Positions 39,060 through 52,025 of a stretch of DNA of 64,000 nucleotides are shown in pieces. The notes under the pieces were generated by a model. It did not search any database, was not told where the DNA came from, and saw only the letters and a program-made list of their open reading frames with translations. A program made the position numbers and the translations under genes. How positions within the stretch are numbered: position 1 is the stretch's first letter; every line of letters starts with the position of its first letter. Source of the stretch: Callorhinchus milii (Eukaryota); contig NW_024704805.1 of the NCBI RefSeq assembly GCF_018977255.1, positions 248,001 through 312,000 of the forward strand, written 5' to 3'.

Positions 39060-39871
39060 CACAGTGATCGGAAACAGTGAGAGACTCATACAAAAACTGA
39101 CGGCGTTTAGTGGGTTTGTGCTCCCGTCTCTCTAGGCCGCAGCAGCGATTACCTGTGGGAAGGGAAACGAGACAAAAACACAAAGAGAACATCTCATTCA
39201 CAGCTCATCCGACTTTCACGCAAACAGCTCAATGATCCCATGATCTCAACTGATCATGCAGTAACCGTGGTTAGAGCACAGGCCTCGAAAGCGAGAGACC
39301 TGGTTTGGATTCCCGTTAGGGCGAAATTTTTCAAGTTTCCTTATTCTACATACCTGTGTTTAGCTTGCAATATGTTGCAACCTGATTGATGGTTTGCTTT
39401 TCCCCCGATAGCAATTCCTTCAAAATAATAACTATAATAATAAGACATAATTTGGTCACTCAATCCACGAATCTTTATGATCCACTTTTTGTGTGCAACT
39501 GGCTGCCGAGCTTCGCGCAAAGAACATACAGTCACTACACAATATTGTGTATTCTATTAGGAGCTTTGAGGCGTTTGCATGGTTTGATAAGTTGCTAAAG
39601 CAAACGGAAGATTAATCATTATATTTTTATTATGATCATCCTTCCCTTTAATGCTATGCCTTGCAAGATTAGAAGAAGCTGAGTGAGAGGAATCCTTGTC
39701 ACTAGCGACTGGTGAAAGCCGCTGTATAAAAACAATTGGTTGTAGTATTGAAACGCGTCTGAGATGCCAATGAAGGTGATGTGAGACTGTGGCTCCGCCA
39801 GTGAAGTCAATCACTGCGGGTTATCAGCAAACTGATGCCACAGACACAACCAAACAGACTGAAGAGCAGCA

Positions 39872-40720
39872 ATCAGGCTGTTTGCTGTCTGTCTTGTGCT
39901 GGGAATCTTTACGTCAGGTGAGGCCGTGTTGAGCTAATTCAGTGTCGCTGCTGATGGTCACCTCAATTTAAGCAACAATTGGTGGAGTCCTCTATCTTGG
40001 TGGGTAGAGCACTCGCTTCGTAAGAGAGCGGACCTGGGTCCGATTTCCGGGAATGGCGAAACCTTGGGCAAATTTCGTTACTGAGGCACATTTCCACTTA
40101 TAATCCTTGCATTTGATTTTCCCACACATACGCCTATATTTACCTAACGGTAACTAGGAACAATATTGCTCTGCAATCCTGGGCTACACACCCGTCGAAA
40201 CCATAATAATTTCCATTTTGATGCGTGTTTAGTGGGTTTAGAATCTGTTTTCCAGGGGCAATAATATATTAAACTATTTAAATAATAATTTGTTGTCTCT
40301 GGAACGTGTACGGTGCCTTTACAGTCGGAAGAACATGACAAGGCGCTCAAAAATGACTCATCTAAGGACAAAGATAATATTTTCATGCTCTTTCATGTTT
40401 ATTGCACAACTCTGTGATGGTGACTCTGTCACTCAGAAAGCTGTCACGATGGTTAAGAAAGCAGGAGAAACTGTGATTCCACAATGTACCTCTTCCAAGA
40501 CTGAAAGCGATTTCATTCTCTCCTGGTACCGACATTACCCAGGCAAACAGTTGGAGTTTATAATTAGGAGATATTCTTGGGATGACGATCCGTTGAACGG
40601 AACCGGATTTGGAAACCGTTTCTCTGCTCAGCTGCACAAATCCAATCCATCCACCACTTTGTCCATCTCTTAGCTGGTGGTGTCTGACAGCGCTGTGTAT
40701 TACTGTGCCTTTCGTCTCAC
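39872..40720 (+). pseudogene. TCR V pseudogene (MRLFAV-leader family)
   Basis: Start ATG is ATC (39872), the acceptor AG is lost (TTGCAC/AACTC, about 40407), and there is an in-frame TAG at 40671. RSS: CACAGTG 40721-40727, 23 bp, TCAAAAACT. Confidence 0.92.
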
Positions 40721-41224
40721 CACAGTGATAGACTGCACTGCAAGTCTCGTTCAAAAACTGCCTTCACTTTGCACATGGGGATGATCTGTCTGTCGACGGA
40801 AACTTGGTCAGGCCTTGTGGCCCAGCCGGAGGCAGTCATGTCTGTCGCCAACTCAGAGGAAACCACATTCACCTCAAATAAACGTAGCAGCAAAACCTTC
40901 ACATCATTTTCTGTCACAACAAATGCAGACAACAATGAATTATGGAATTAAGTATTGCAAGTCCAGGTGCTATTTTTCCTTTCGGTTTTCAACTGTAATA
41001 AACTATCTTGTTTTTTAAAAAAACTACATCCCCGTTTTGGTCATATTTGACATCTTATTTTAAAAAAAAATATTCAATTAATTCAACGTTTCGCCGACAA
41101 TTTAAGCATTCAATTCGCTTTAGAGTATAATCTGTGATTCGCGTTGAGACGTCTCAAAGTATTGATGAGGCGCTACAATAATTGTAGGGATTATTACTAA
41201 TATTATTATTATTGTTTTGATTAT

Positions 41225-41315
41225 TGCTCAGTGTGGGGAAGGCGGTGCTTCAGTATCTCTGCTAACAGCGGTTGACAGCGTGGGGTGTTACTGTACGCTG
41301 AGCCTCAGATGATCT
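41225..41315 (+). pseudogene. Possible V 3'-end remnant
   Basis: Translates as ...ASVSLLTAVDSVGCYCTLSL, resembling FR3 (DSAVYYCALSL); no intact RSS. Confidence 0.35.
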
Positions 41316-42195
41316 AAGCCATTGGAAACCACAAATATTATTATTACAGTCATTGCTTTCATTCATGTTTTCCATCAAATATGAAGCAATGATGAACTGT
41401 GTCACATTGGCCAATAGAGGGCATCATCTACTATTATTTTCCAACTCACGATGATATAAAGAGTTCCTGCCAACTGACATGCTGCAACGACAGAAGGCTG
41501 TTAAGAATAACATTTTGTCAAGAATTATTGGTGCCTGATCGGAGAAAGTTATGAATGATACACCAATATCACCACCGAAGAGTGAGAACAATTTCCAAGT
41601 CAAATAATTATGCAAGTAATTGTGATCCTTTATGCATTGCAGTTTCAGTCTCTCTGTGTGATTTTTTTTTTGCAATGGGTTTGGGTGTTTGTTGGGGTAA
41701 GAAAATGACGAAAACCGCCAAGGAGTATTAGAGTATCCGAACCAAGCTGAGATTTCCATTTATCCTTCCATCAATTCGCAAAGACGCATTATTGAAATGG
41801 AATGCAAACTCTCTCATTGGAGAGGATTAGGCAAGAGACAAAACTTGGGGAACTCCGAATGTGCGACGGGGTATCTGCTGGAGTCTGACCAGCTAAAACC
41901 ACATCGTTTGCCATTGATATCTTCTACTGGTAATCTTACCCGTTGTTTGCCCATCAATCACCATCCTTCCCGTTAGTACTTTTGCTTCTAAGATTGTCAG
42001 GAGCTGAGTGAGAGGATTACCTGCCCCCTGTGACTGCTGAAAGCCGCTGCATATAATCAATTGGTTGTTATGTTGAAACGCGGCTGTGATGCCAATGAGG
42101 TGACGTGAGACTGTAGCTCCGCCAATGCCGACAATCACTGCGGATTATCAGCAAACTGATGGCACAGACACAACCACACTCACTGAAGAGCAGCA

Positions 42196-43088
42196 ATGAG
42201 GCTGTTTGCTGTCTGTCTTGTGCTGGGAACCTTTATGACAGGTGATGTCGTGTTGAGCAAATTCAGCGTTCAACAGCAATTAATGCAGTCCTGTATGTTA
42301 TTAGATAGAGCACTCGCCTCACGTGCGAGAGGAGGCGGGTTCGATTCCGAGCCAGGATAAATCCTAGGGTATATTTCCTTACTTCGCACACTCGCGTCTT
42401 TTTGCAGAGCAAACTCGGTTGCTATTTAACCACCTGTTGATCGCGTGTGTAATAATCCGATCCAAATAATAATTTGTTCACTCAATCGACGACTGTTTGT
42501 GGGACACTGCAAAGTGCAATTGGCTGCAACATTTCGCCAACGAAAATAAAAGTGTTCACGTCATTTTGTATTCCCTGCAGCGCTTTGAGTCGTCTCAACG
42601 ACGTGGCATTGTGTTGAGTGAAATAAATTACTTATTATTTTTTCATTGTTAACAAAATGTAAACTGCATTATTAACAAAATGTCGGGAGGAGAATGTCCC
42701 AGTTTGGTGTAAAATAATTCAGGCAAATAGCGAATAATGTATTTTCGTGATCTTCAATGTTTATTACAGACCTTTGCGGTGGGGACTCTGTCAGTCAGAA
42801 GGATGCACTGATTCTGAAGAAAGATGGAGAAACTGTGACGTTTGAATGTAGCTATTCCACGACTGAGAGACATTACTACCTGTTCTGGTACCGACATTAC
42901 CCAGGCAAACAGCCAGAATTCATACTACGAAGGGATTCATATTACAATCAGGAAAGAATAGGAGAAGGAATTGGAATTCGATTCTCTTCTCGGCTTCTCA
43001 CTTCCCAATCTGCCACCAGATTATCCATCTTTGAGTTGCTGGTGTCTGACAGCGCTGTGTATCTCTGTGCTCTCTCTCCTGATATACC
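42196..43088 (+). CDS. TCR alpha/delta V gene segment, apparently functional (leader 42196-42241, V exon 42770-43088)
   Basis: MRLFAVCLVLGTFMT + DLCGGDSVSQKDAL...FEC...LFWYRHY...DSAVYLCALSPDIP. RSS: CACAGTG 43089-43095, 23 bp, ACAATAACT. Confidence 0.93.
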
Positions 43089-43329
43089 CACAGTGATCGG
43101 AACCAGGCACAGCCTCGTACAATAACTACCCTGGGTGTGTGAGCTTGGTCTATCCATCTGACCTCTTTATATATATTCAGAGTCAGGCTTTGTGTGCAAC
43201 GTGTTTGAGGGAAAACCACATTCACCACAAGTGAATCTGTCTGCTGAAGATCCTCGTTATTATTTTTCTCAATATCTTGAGAACGCAAAATAAACATTCA
43301 GTTAGCTGCAACAGTCCACGTAATATAAG

Positions 43330-43975
43330 TGAATCATTGAAGGTGGCAGGACAGGTAGATAATGCTATCCAAAAAATCATACGGGAAATATTAGGCTTTA
43401 TAAATACGGGAATAGAAGAGAAAATCAGAAAGTTATGACAAACGTTTATAAAACACTATTCAAGCCTCAGCTGGAGACTGTGCTCAGACTGGGCCCCACA
43501 CTTAAGACGGATGTCAATGCATTGGAGATGGTGCAAAGTAGCTTTACCAGGACGGTACCAGGAATGAGGGACTTCAGTTGTCAGGGCGGTTAAGAGGAGA
43601 CATGATAGATTGTTTCAAAATGATAAAGGACTTCATTAGGTTTACCAAGGTGAAACTATTTCCAAAAGCGGATTGTTCGGAAATACGAGGGCACCGATTT
43701 AAAATCGTTGCAAAGGAATAGAGGTTAGGCGAGTGGAAATGTTTTTTTCCCAAAGCGATTTGTTTGGATTTGGGATGCATTGCCTTAAAAGTTGATGGTC
43801 ACTGATTTGATAACAACTTTTAAGAGAGAGGTAGACAACTATTTGGAGACGACCAGTTTTCAGTTTAATGGCGAAAGTGCGGGGCAGGTGTTTGAATTGA
43901 GTAGCTCTGTTCAAAGAACCGGAACAGAAACGATGGGCCGAATGGCCTCCTTTTGTTCCGTATAATTCTATGATT
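43330..43975 (+). mobile_element. CR1-like LINE 3' fragment
   Basis: Decayed RT C-terminal coding (LGFINTGIE...YKTL.KPQLE...LEMVQ..FTR.VPGMR) and 3' end GGCCGAATGGCCTCC...ATTCTATGATT. Confidence 0.8.
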
Positions 43976-46900
43976 TCATCATTTCCATTGATTTGGTGTA
44001 TTATGGAAATGCAGCGAAACAAAACATTTTGTAACAGTGCTTGATTGACTCTAAGGAAGAAAGGAGGATAGATACAAACTGCAATTTCCACATTTACCGA
44101 CAAAATCTACAGAAAATTCGCGTTACACTGTATTCGGTGAAGGCTTTAGTCATATAGAAGACGTTTTAAGGCGCCACATCCTATGCAATGATTATTATAT
44201 TTTTATGTCAGTTACCCTGTCAAGTGTTTTGAGACATTTCAGACATAATAATAATTCTTGCGTTTCATATGGAAACATAACACTGCTTCAATGCGACTAC
44301 ATCTCTGAACGTCAACCCCCAAAGGGAAGATAAAGGGATTCAGATCAGCACACATGTTGAGCCTGACAGTTGAACTATTTGACAAATTGAGAAATTGCTG
44401 CTGTGTCTCTCAAAGGAAACACTGATTAGTTTCCAACCACATAAAAACATTCAGTGGTATCACATTGAAAGAAATATTTGTAAATGGTGGAAGAAATAAT
44501 ATTAAACTTCACATTTGATAAAGCGCGTTTTTACGTGATGGAAAATCCTCAAAGCGCTTCATATTATACACTGCAAAATGTATGCATGTTCCTCACCAGC
44601 TATCCATGAGACCAAATAAATCTTTTACCTTGATGTCTGTTTCTGCAAACATGTGCACCGTATATTGTAAAATATTCTCACAAACGTTTGCACAGACACT
44701 TACTTCACCGTCGTTTGGGGTCATCCTGTTTTCTATTACACAGTGCAGCCCATGGACATGATTAATTGTTTCCAAAGCAAGCTGATATATCCAATGATCC
44801 CACCTACACGTGGAAATTGCAGAGACAGTTTGTTGGAATAGAAGCCCCACACTCTCCCTGAATGCCAAATTCCAGAAAATATTAGGCGCAGTTTCTCGAG
44901 AGCCGAGACTTGATCAAATCCAGATTGTGCTGCTTGAGTATCGGCTGGAGACTAAGCAGCTAAAACGGCACAGCTTGGCCTTGATATTGCTATTTGGCAA
45001 GCTTTCTCACTGCTTCTCCAGCAAGGGCCTAGCTGTTCGGTTTTTGGCTGCAGGGTTCACAGGAGATGAGTGGGAGATTTCCCTACCCCTAGTGACTGGT
45101 CGGCCATTCCATTTCTTGCAGTTGGACCAGGCTGGGCTGTGCTGCCATGAGCAATGAGTGCCTGGAATACTATGGACCCTCTGGCTCATGAACCGGACTA
45201 GAAACCATCAAAGACGTTTGCTCGATCCAAATATTCCTTTTGCAAAATGTGTCACATTTGGGCCATTTAACTTCAAGCAGAACCCCCTTGCAAACTTACC
45301 AACATTGCCGCTTGCACTTCAAAGCAAAGACTAAGTTATATTGGTATAACCATTTTTACTTCGGGAAAATATCCCAATGCTTTGGATAGTCGAGCTTTGT
45401 AACCAAGATTTGGAGGATGTGTGGGTGGGGGGTATTGAAGGAAGTGTTTAGAGATGGTTGGGGTGGGAGTTTGGTGTGGGGAGATGGGAGGTGGGATTGG
45501 ACGCTGCGGTGGTGAGTAATTGGGGGCGGAACTGAGTGAAAGGAGTAAAGACGTTGGGAAAGGGTTGATGAGCAGGAATGTGTTGAGATGGAGGTTCTTT
45601 ATCCGAGAGGAATATTAATGTTATACGACTTGTACTGCTTGCACTGTATACAAGGATAAATCTAAACCAATTTGCATGATTCATAAATCAACTCATCCCG
45701 AGACCACACATACACTGTCATTCTCCTGAAACACCGTTAGATGCCGCCATATAGCAATACAATAAAACTGGCTGTTCCAAAGCAGCTTTCGCATCCAGAG
45801 AACTCCTCACCAGCGCTTAGCATTGTAGTAATTTGTTGTCCTGCAGTTTAGAGTTCAGAGTACTGGTGCCGCAAGCGAAATGACCTGGGTTTGGCCCATG
45901 GGGCGAATAAAACTTAGACAATTTCCTACACCGTACGCCTTTCTTTAGTCAGCCGTGAGTCGGAACCCGATTGACCATCCATTCTCGGATGGCTTTCTGC
46001 AACAACAACAACAACAACATTTATTGAGCGCCTTTCACGTCGGGAGGACGTCGCAAGGCACTGCAGTAAACTACGGACACCAAATGTAAATAGACAAGCA
46101 AGTACATCAATTTGTAAGTAAATAAAGAAAGACATGAATACATACAAACATGAGTAAGATAGTAGTTCGGTCAAACTGTTCACCTCCGTTTCTGGGAAAC
46201 TGTTGTTTCCAATTTTGCTCACAATATATAGTCAACCCACTTTACAACGTATTTTGTGAAACGCTTTGAGACGTGATAAGTGTCCATGTGAATTATGAAG
46301 ATTATTATGATTATCTGCATATCCCTGGCTCCAGTATCTTCATATTGTCACCTCACCCTCACACACAGAGCCAAATTGCATAGACTTTCAGGATGGACAC
46401 AACCACCCAACCCCCCCCCTCCCAGTTCATCATGGTTGCATTCCGGTATATCAGTGGTTCGATCCGTCGATTCGCATGCGAGAGTCCTGGGTTCGATTCC
46501 CAGCAGGTGGCGGAACCTTGTGCAAGTGTACTTACTCTACACACAGACATAAACACGGACACAGACACACATACATACACAGATATGCCTGATAATAATC
46601 GCTCAAGAAATAAAACACAATAATAAATTGGTTTATTGACTCCACGACTGTTTTTGCGGACACCGCTTGGCGCAATTCGCTGCCGCTTTTCGCCCACAAC
46701 CAAACAGTTACTACACTCCACGGTGTATCCTGTGGAGCGCATTAAGATATTCAGAATATGTGTAAAATTTTATACTGAATACAAGGATTATTATTTTTAT
46801 TAACAGTCTAAAATATATAAGATAATCCTTGCATCTGATATAAGACCTTATGATGTCGTTACGACGTCTCAAGGGAGTAAAGACACTGGTAATATTGTAG

Positions 46901-47284
46901 ATAATCACAAAATTCTGTTATGCACGAATGATCAGCTCCACATAACACTTCCTCAATCATCTCGATCCTCAACACAAATGCCGATTGTAAAGAAGATTGT
47001 TTCATTTCGAAACAGACAACATAATAATAATGATTCTTACATTTGATATCGCACCTCGTTACATCATGGAGACGTCTCAAAGCGCTGCGCACGATATACT
47101 GCCAAGTGCAGTGACAGTGCGTTTTTTGGCGATACTTGGCAGATAGTCTTAAATTCACAATCCACAAACAGTCGTGGATATAGTGAGCAAATAATTATTA
47201 TTATTTTGAAGGGCTTCTTGTCACTGGAAAGCGATCAGCCAATGGATAAAAACGCGGGATCATATCTACTGGTCGGTGAAGAGA

Positions 47285-47665
47285 CATGTGTGTGTGTCTC
47301 TTTGTCGGTCTGTGGGTGTGTATTTATGTGTGTGTGTGTGTCTCTGTCTGTGTATGTATGTCTGTGTGTGTGCGTGTGTGTGTATCTGGGCGCGATGGGA
47401 ATATTGATGGGAGTGGCGATGGGGGTGTAAATAAACTTGCCTGAGGTTTCAAACACAGACAGACTCAGACAGACAGAGACACAGACATAGAGGCAGCCAC
47501 AAAAACAGTGAGTTAGATAGACAGACAGACATACACATAGAAACAGAGATCGATAGACAGACAGACTTACACACAGAAACAGAGACAGACAGACTTACAC
47601 ATAGAAACAGAGACAGACAGACAGACAGACAAACAAAGAGCGCGATAAAAAGACAGGCTTAGACA
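47285..47665. repeat. (TG)n and (GACA)n compound microsatellite region
   Basis: Direct inspection. Confidence 0.85.
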
Positions 47666-48327
47666 CAAACAAATAATGCGACTTGGATGTAATACAGCGC
47701 ATGTTCTGTCCATTGAGGCGCGTTAAAACGCATAAAAGGATATCATGTAAAGTGTGCACCATGCTGGCTCCCTCCTCGTCCTGCTCTGTGTCCCCCTGCA
47801 GCACCCAATCCCTGTATCACACTCTCTAAACTCAAAGACTCCAACTACTGCCCCAACATATGGACTCCACCCTAAATTTTTCCTCCTCGCTGCCTTGCAC
47901 GGCGTCCTCAGCCAGACGAGTAGCTCCATTATTTTTCATTCCCGACTCTCAGTAAAGCCACTCTCTACATCACACAATCTTCTCCCAGTCGCAGAGTAGG
48001 TTTATACTTCCTGAAATTGGTGTTTCGTCAATTGTCCATTTAATCTTAATTGAGTTACCCTCAAATCCCACACATCTACAACCTGCTCTGGGGCAAAGTT
48101 TGTTTGTTCCCTTTAGTTTCAGTTAGTTTTAGTCCCTTACCTCAGGTAGAGTCAACCCCCAACCAAACCAAACCCCGTCCACCCCTCAAAGCCGCCGACA
48201 CCAGCCACGAAGTGACGCTGTTCATCACAAATGAACCAAATCTCAAACGCTCTTACAGGACAGTCCTGTGTTACTCACAGTCACTCTGAGGTGTCCGGGG
48301 CTGACGGTGTCTCCGAGCGGTGAGAGG

Positions 48328-49037
48328 ATGTCTCTCCTCTGTGTCTCCATCTCCTTCCTCTTCTTACAATGTAAGTGTTTGTTTCCATTAAAAATCACCA
48401 CACAGCACCAGAGAATGTCATTACAGTGTGCGATATAATAATAATAATACTTGCTTTGACATAGCGCCTGTCACTTCGATGAGGCGTCTCAAAGCGCTTC
48501 ACAGTGTATACTGTAAAATGAATTGTCCGCGCTTCTTGTCGGCGAAACACGGCAGGCGATTGTGATCAATTATCTTACTCTCATTATATTATATATGATA
48601 ATTCTTTATGTAAATCGATAATGATATTACATGTCATGGTTATCAATTGATATCAATCGCATACTAAGCCAAGCTTTGGGATGTCATTTTAATCGAAGTG
48701 GTCAAGATACAAGATGATTCAAACTGATTTAAGATTTTAAAATATTTTCAGATGTTTTCAGTCTCACAGTGAAGCAGACGCCATCGTCTCTGAGGAAACA
48801 AGAATGCGAATCTTTGACCATCAACTGCGCTTTTCTATCAGAATGGTATGAGAATATCCGGAGACTGAATTTCTTTTGGCAGTTCTCGAATGGGAGACAT
48901 TGGAAGAGCATTAGCCATGGAGGACGATTTGTTGTAAAGACGGACACGGGATCAAAGACGTCTGCTTTGCAAATTAATGATTTGAAAGTTGAAGACAGCG
49001 CTGACTACAGATGCAGAGCTCGATATGAGCGGAATAC
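48328..49037 (+). CDS. IgNAR-like V segment of NAR-TCR cassette 1 (leader 48328-48370, V exon 48752-49037)
   Basis: MSLLCVSISFLFLQ + YVFSLTVKQTPSSLRKQECESLTINCAF...GGRFVVKTDTGSKTSALQINDLKVEDSADYRCRARYERN. VNAR-type motifs (ESLTINC, GGRF, INDLxVEDS) and only 61 aa between the canonical Cys (no CDR2 strands). RSS: CACAATG 49038-49044, 22 bp, ACAAAAAGG. Confidence 0.93.
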
Positions 49038-49391
49038 CACAATGCTGTATCGGGACTTCCGACAATACAAAAAGGCCCTTCACCCACCTCATAGAAATAA
49101 TATAGAAAATGTGAACTTGCCAAATAATTCAACGCACATTCCCCATTCGTTTCTGAAAAGCTGTGATGTTGAATAACACTTCGTTGGAGAAGCAATCATC
49201 ATTTATGAATAGTTAGGAAAAGAGAGTGTATACAAATTGACATCGGCTGCTTTTCACATTAACAAATTTAATCATAAGAGACAGATGGATTGTCCAGTCC
49301 CACTTGGTAAATATTCAATAGAATTTTACTTGTTATGTCATTGATTGATCATTTCAAAGGCAGAAATTATTTCAATTGTTTCGCAAAACAG

Positions 49392-49464
49392 CCATTTTGC
49401 ACTGACATAAAATACTGTGCTGGTTTTCTGGGAAGCCACAATGGAAAACCTTAGCGCAAATACA
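49392..49464 (+). other. D segment of NAR-TCR cassette 1 (coding 49420-49436) with 12/12 RSS
   Basis: CCATTTTGC, 12 bp, TACTGTG [CTGGTTTTCTGGGAAGC] CACAATG, 12 bp, GCAAATACA. Confidence 0.85.
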
Positions 49465-49779
49465 GTACCGCTATTTTCATCAAAAAGCATTGGACGTGAA
49501 CACTGATTACTGCGTAAACTTTTCATTTTGTTCAATGTGTCGAATGCTTGCTTCCGAAATTAATTATATTAAGCATGAATTTCTGGAGTTATTTAAAGGA
49601 AGAGATTCTCTGTGCGTTGCACGTTTATTTTATTTCTGTGGAAATATTATTGAAGCTAAACGTGACTTGGCAGATGAAAAGTACGGAGATGCGACAGCGG
49701 TGGAGAGATACGCACTAATGATCAATTTGTCAGAATTTAGCGGTTTTGGTGCCCGTGTGAAAGCATGATCTATAAGAAC

Positions 49780-49876
49780 AGTTTTTGTACCTTGTGGAAT
49801 GAGATCTGAGTGCCTGTGGTACATTGGAAAACAGAAACGAAAGATGGATCAGAAACCAAAGTAACTGTAACAAAAC
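49780..49876 (+). other. J segment of NAR-TCR cassette 1 (coding 49819-49876) with 23-RSS
   Basis: AGTTTTTGT, 23 bp, GCCTGTG, then VHWKTETKDGSETKVTVTK and a phase-1 donor GTGAGT. Confidence 0.85.
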
Positions 49877-50904
49877 GTGAGTGGGAATAAATTCTATTGA
49901 CATAAAACAAAAGAATATTAACCTGCATTTGTAAAACGCATTACTCGAAATAGTTATTTGCTATTTGCTATTTGCAAGTGTGCTATTGAAACAATCCACT
50001 TGACCAACCGTGAAAATCTGTATGTTTTTGATGTGGAAAAGTTTATTCTGTTTCCACTTCGAAGCGTATTTTTTCAATTGACCTACTTTAGTCCTTGTTT
50101 CGTAAAGTGAATGATTTTCTCTGGAGAGTAATTGCAAAGGACTATGCGCAGAGGACTTATTTCGTGTAAATTCGGGTAATCAATATATGTAGCCTTTGTC
50201 AGATAGAAATGTTGTCCCTAATCTCCTCTGTCCTCCCGAGGGGAAGGAAAAGGCGATCTAATCGGAAATGAATTGGCTCCAATGTGACATGAGTTGGAAG
50301 AACAGAGCAATAACTGAGGTTAGCTTCCTTCACCACTCTGCTCCCATTAGACCTGCTGGGAAAAGTGCAATAAATGGTAGGACTTTTCAAGCTGGACAGG
50401 ACATGCAGCCGATTAGTTAGTCAGAAAATTTTTTCATAAAAGCGTGTCATGACGCTTTCCTGTTTGAACAACGTGTGAATATTTGATGCAGGCGCAATGT
50501 CATGTGGGAACTAAATTCACAATTTGGATAATTTTAATTTTGATGGCTTCTGCCCCAGTTGAGCAAAGTATAAACATTGCATCGTTAATTATTAAAGCAC
50601 AGATTGGGGCCATTCAGACATTTTGAAGAGCTAACAGTCAGTCCCTTTCCCCATAACATTTTTACTCATATATTAAGAAATGTATCAATTGTTGCCAACA
50701 TATTCGGAGACAGAAAGTAGATAGCGCACCAGTGGTGATTTGTTTCTGTTTACTCTCTCGCTAGTTCAAATTACTGATGTACACTGTAACTGGTATCGTT
50801 GAGCTAATAATTATAACTTGCGTATACATAGTGCATTTTTCCATCTGGAGAGCATCCGAAACAAATGCATTCAGTTGGTTCGTGACCGAAAGAAATTCCA
50901 CTGA

Positions 50905-51035
50905 AAGAACGACAGAAAGATAAAAGATAAAAAGATGGAAAGAAATAAAGAACGAAAAGAAAAAAGAAAGAACGAAATAAAGAAAGACAGAGATAAAGAG
51001 AGCGAGAGAGAGAAAGAGAGAAAGAGAGAAAGGGA
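50905..51035. repeat. GAAA/GA-rich simple repeat
   Basis: Direct inspection. Confidence 0.8.
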
Positions 51036-51699
51036 GTGACATACACAAAACACTTCACTGATGGCACAAGTGGAACTGAAATGAGCAGTTCACAGACTGA
51101 GAGCAACTGATATTGGCAACAAACCAGAGATTAAACCTCCTCCAGCAGCGATGTTAAAGAAACGACATTTACAGCAGGAAACTTTCCATTTGCCTCAACT
51201 GTAAACCCTCCGAGTCAATGTTACAAAACTGACACCTGGTTCTCTGCTAAACATTCCCATGATCACAGACACCAAAAGCCTCAGTGTGGATTTCACCACA
51301 GCAAACAAGTATAAGATTAGACAAACAAAGCTTAATTAAAATGGTGAATTTATTGCATATCATAAACGTTGTCATAGAAGTAGCCATGTGGCTTGTGTCT
51401 GCACTCAAGTGTCTGATTTTCAAGAGCTGGCTATTTTAGTGCATTAATCTGCTCTTTCTACCATTGTTACTAAAAGCATCCTTACATTTAGTATAGAGAA
51501 ATTCCATGCCTTGGGCAGGGAGAAAAGGGAATTTACCAGAATGATTTCTGGGAAGAGCGGATTCATGTTATGAAGACAAAAGTGCCTGAAAATGTTCTCC
51601 TTAGAGAACTGAAGTTTTACTGCTAAACTAATGCCAGTTTTGAAACTTGTGAGAGATTTCTTATGGAGTAGAGAGTGAGAAATTGTTTCGCTTGTCAAG

Positions 51700-51998
51700 T
51701 GGGTCAGCAACCACGAATCGCAAGTTGAAGATAATTGGTCAAAGGTTCAGAGTGGAGAGAAGGAGAAATTATTTCAAATGAATGTTGCTATTAACTGCAA
51801 TGCACTGCCTGAAAGAGTCGCGGGAAGCAGATTCGATAATAAATTTCGGAAGGGAAAGGGAATAGATGCATCAAAATGAATGATAGAGTGTTATGCGACA
51901 CGAGTGGGGGAGTCGGGTTTAATTGAATAGCTCATTTCAAAGAGCCAATACAGGCAAGAAGGGCCGAATGTCCTCCTTCTGCATAATTCCATGATTCT
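51700..51998 (+). mobile_element. CR1-like LINE 3' end directly upstream of the supporting V acceptor
   Basis: Ends GGGCCGAATGTCCTCCTTCTGCATAATTCCATGATTCTA, matching the CR1 3' end at 43.9 kb. Confidence 0.65.
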
Positions 51999-52025
51999 AA
52001 GTAACCTGTAATTTGCATCCCGCAG

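Noticed and set aside
48765-48803. Perfect CACAGTG heptamer inside NAR V1 FR1 as a cryptic RSS
   Set aside because: No acceptable nonamer at 12 or 23 bp (best about 4 of 9), and it is absent from NAR V2.
49660-49780. Second D segment between D1 and J1
   Set aside because: No paired heptamer-nonamer arrangement found here or in the matching interval of cassette 2.
51130-51200. Possible leader for the supporting V (ATG TTA AAG AAA CGA...)
   Set aside because: The peptide is hydrophilic (MLKKRHLQQETF) with no good donor; a degenerate leader elsewhere in the intron cannot be fully excluded.
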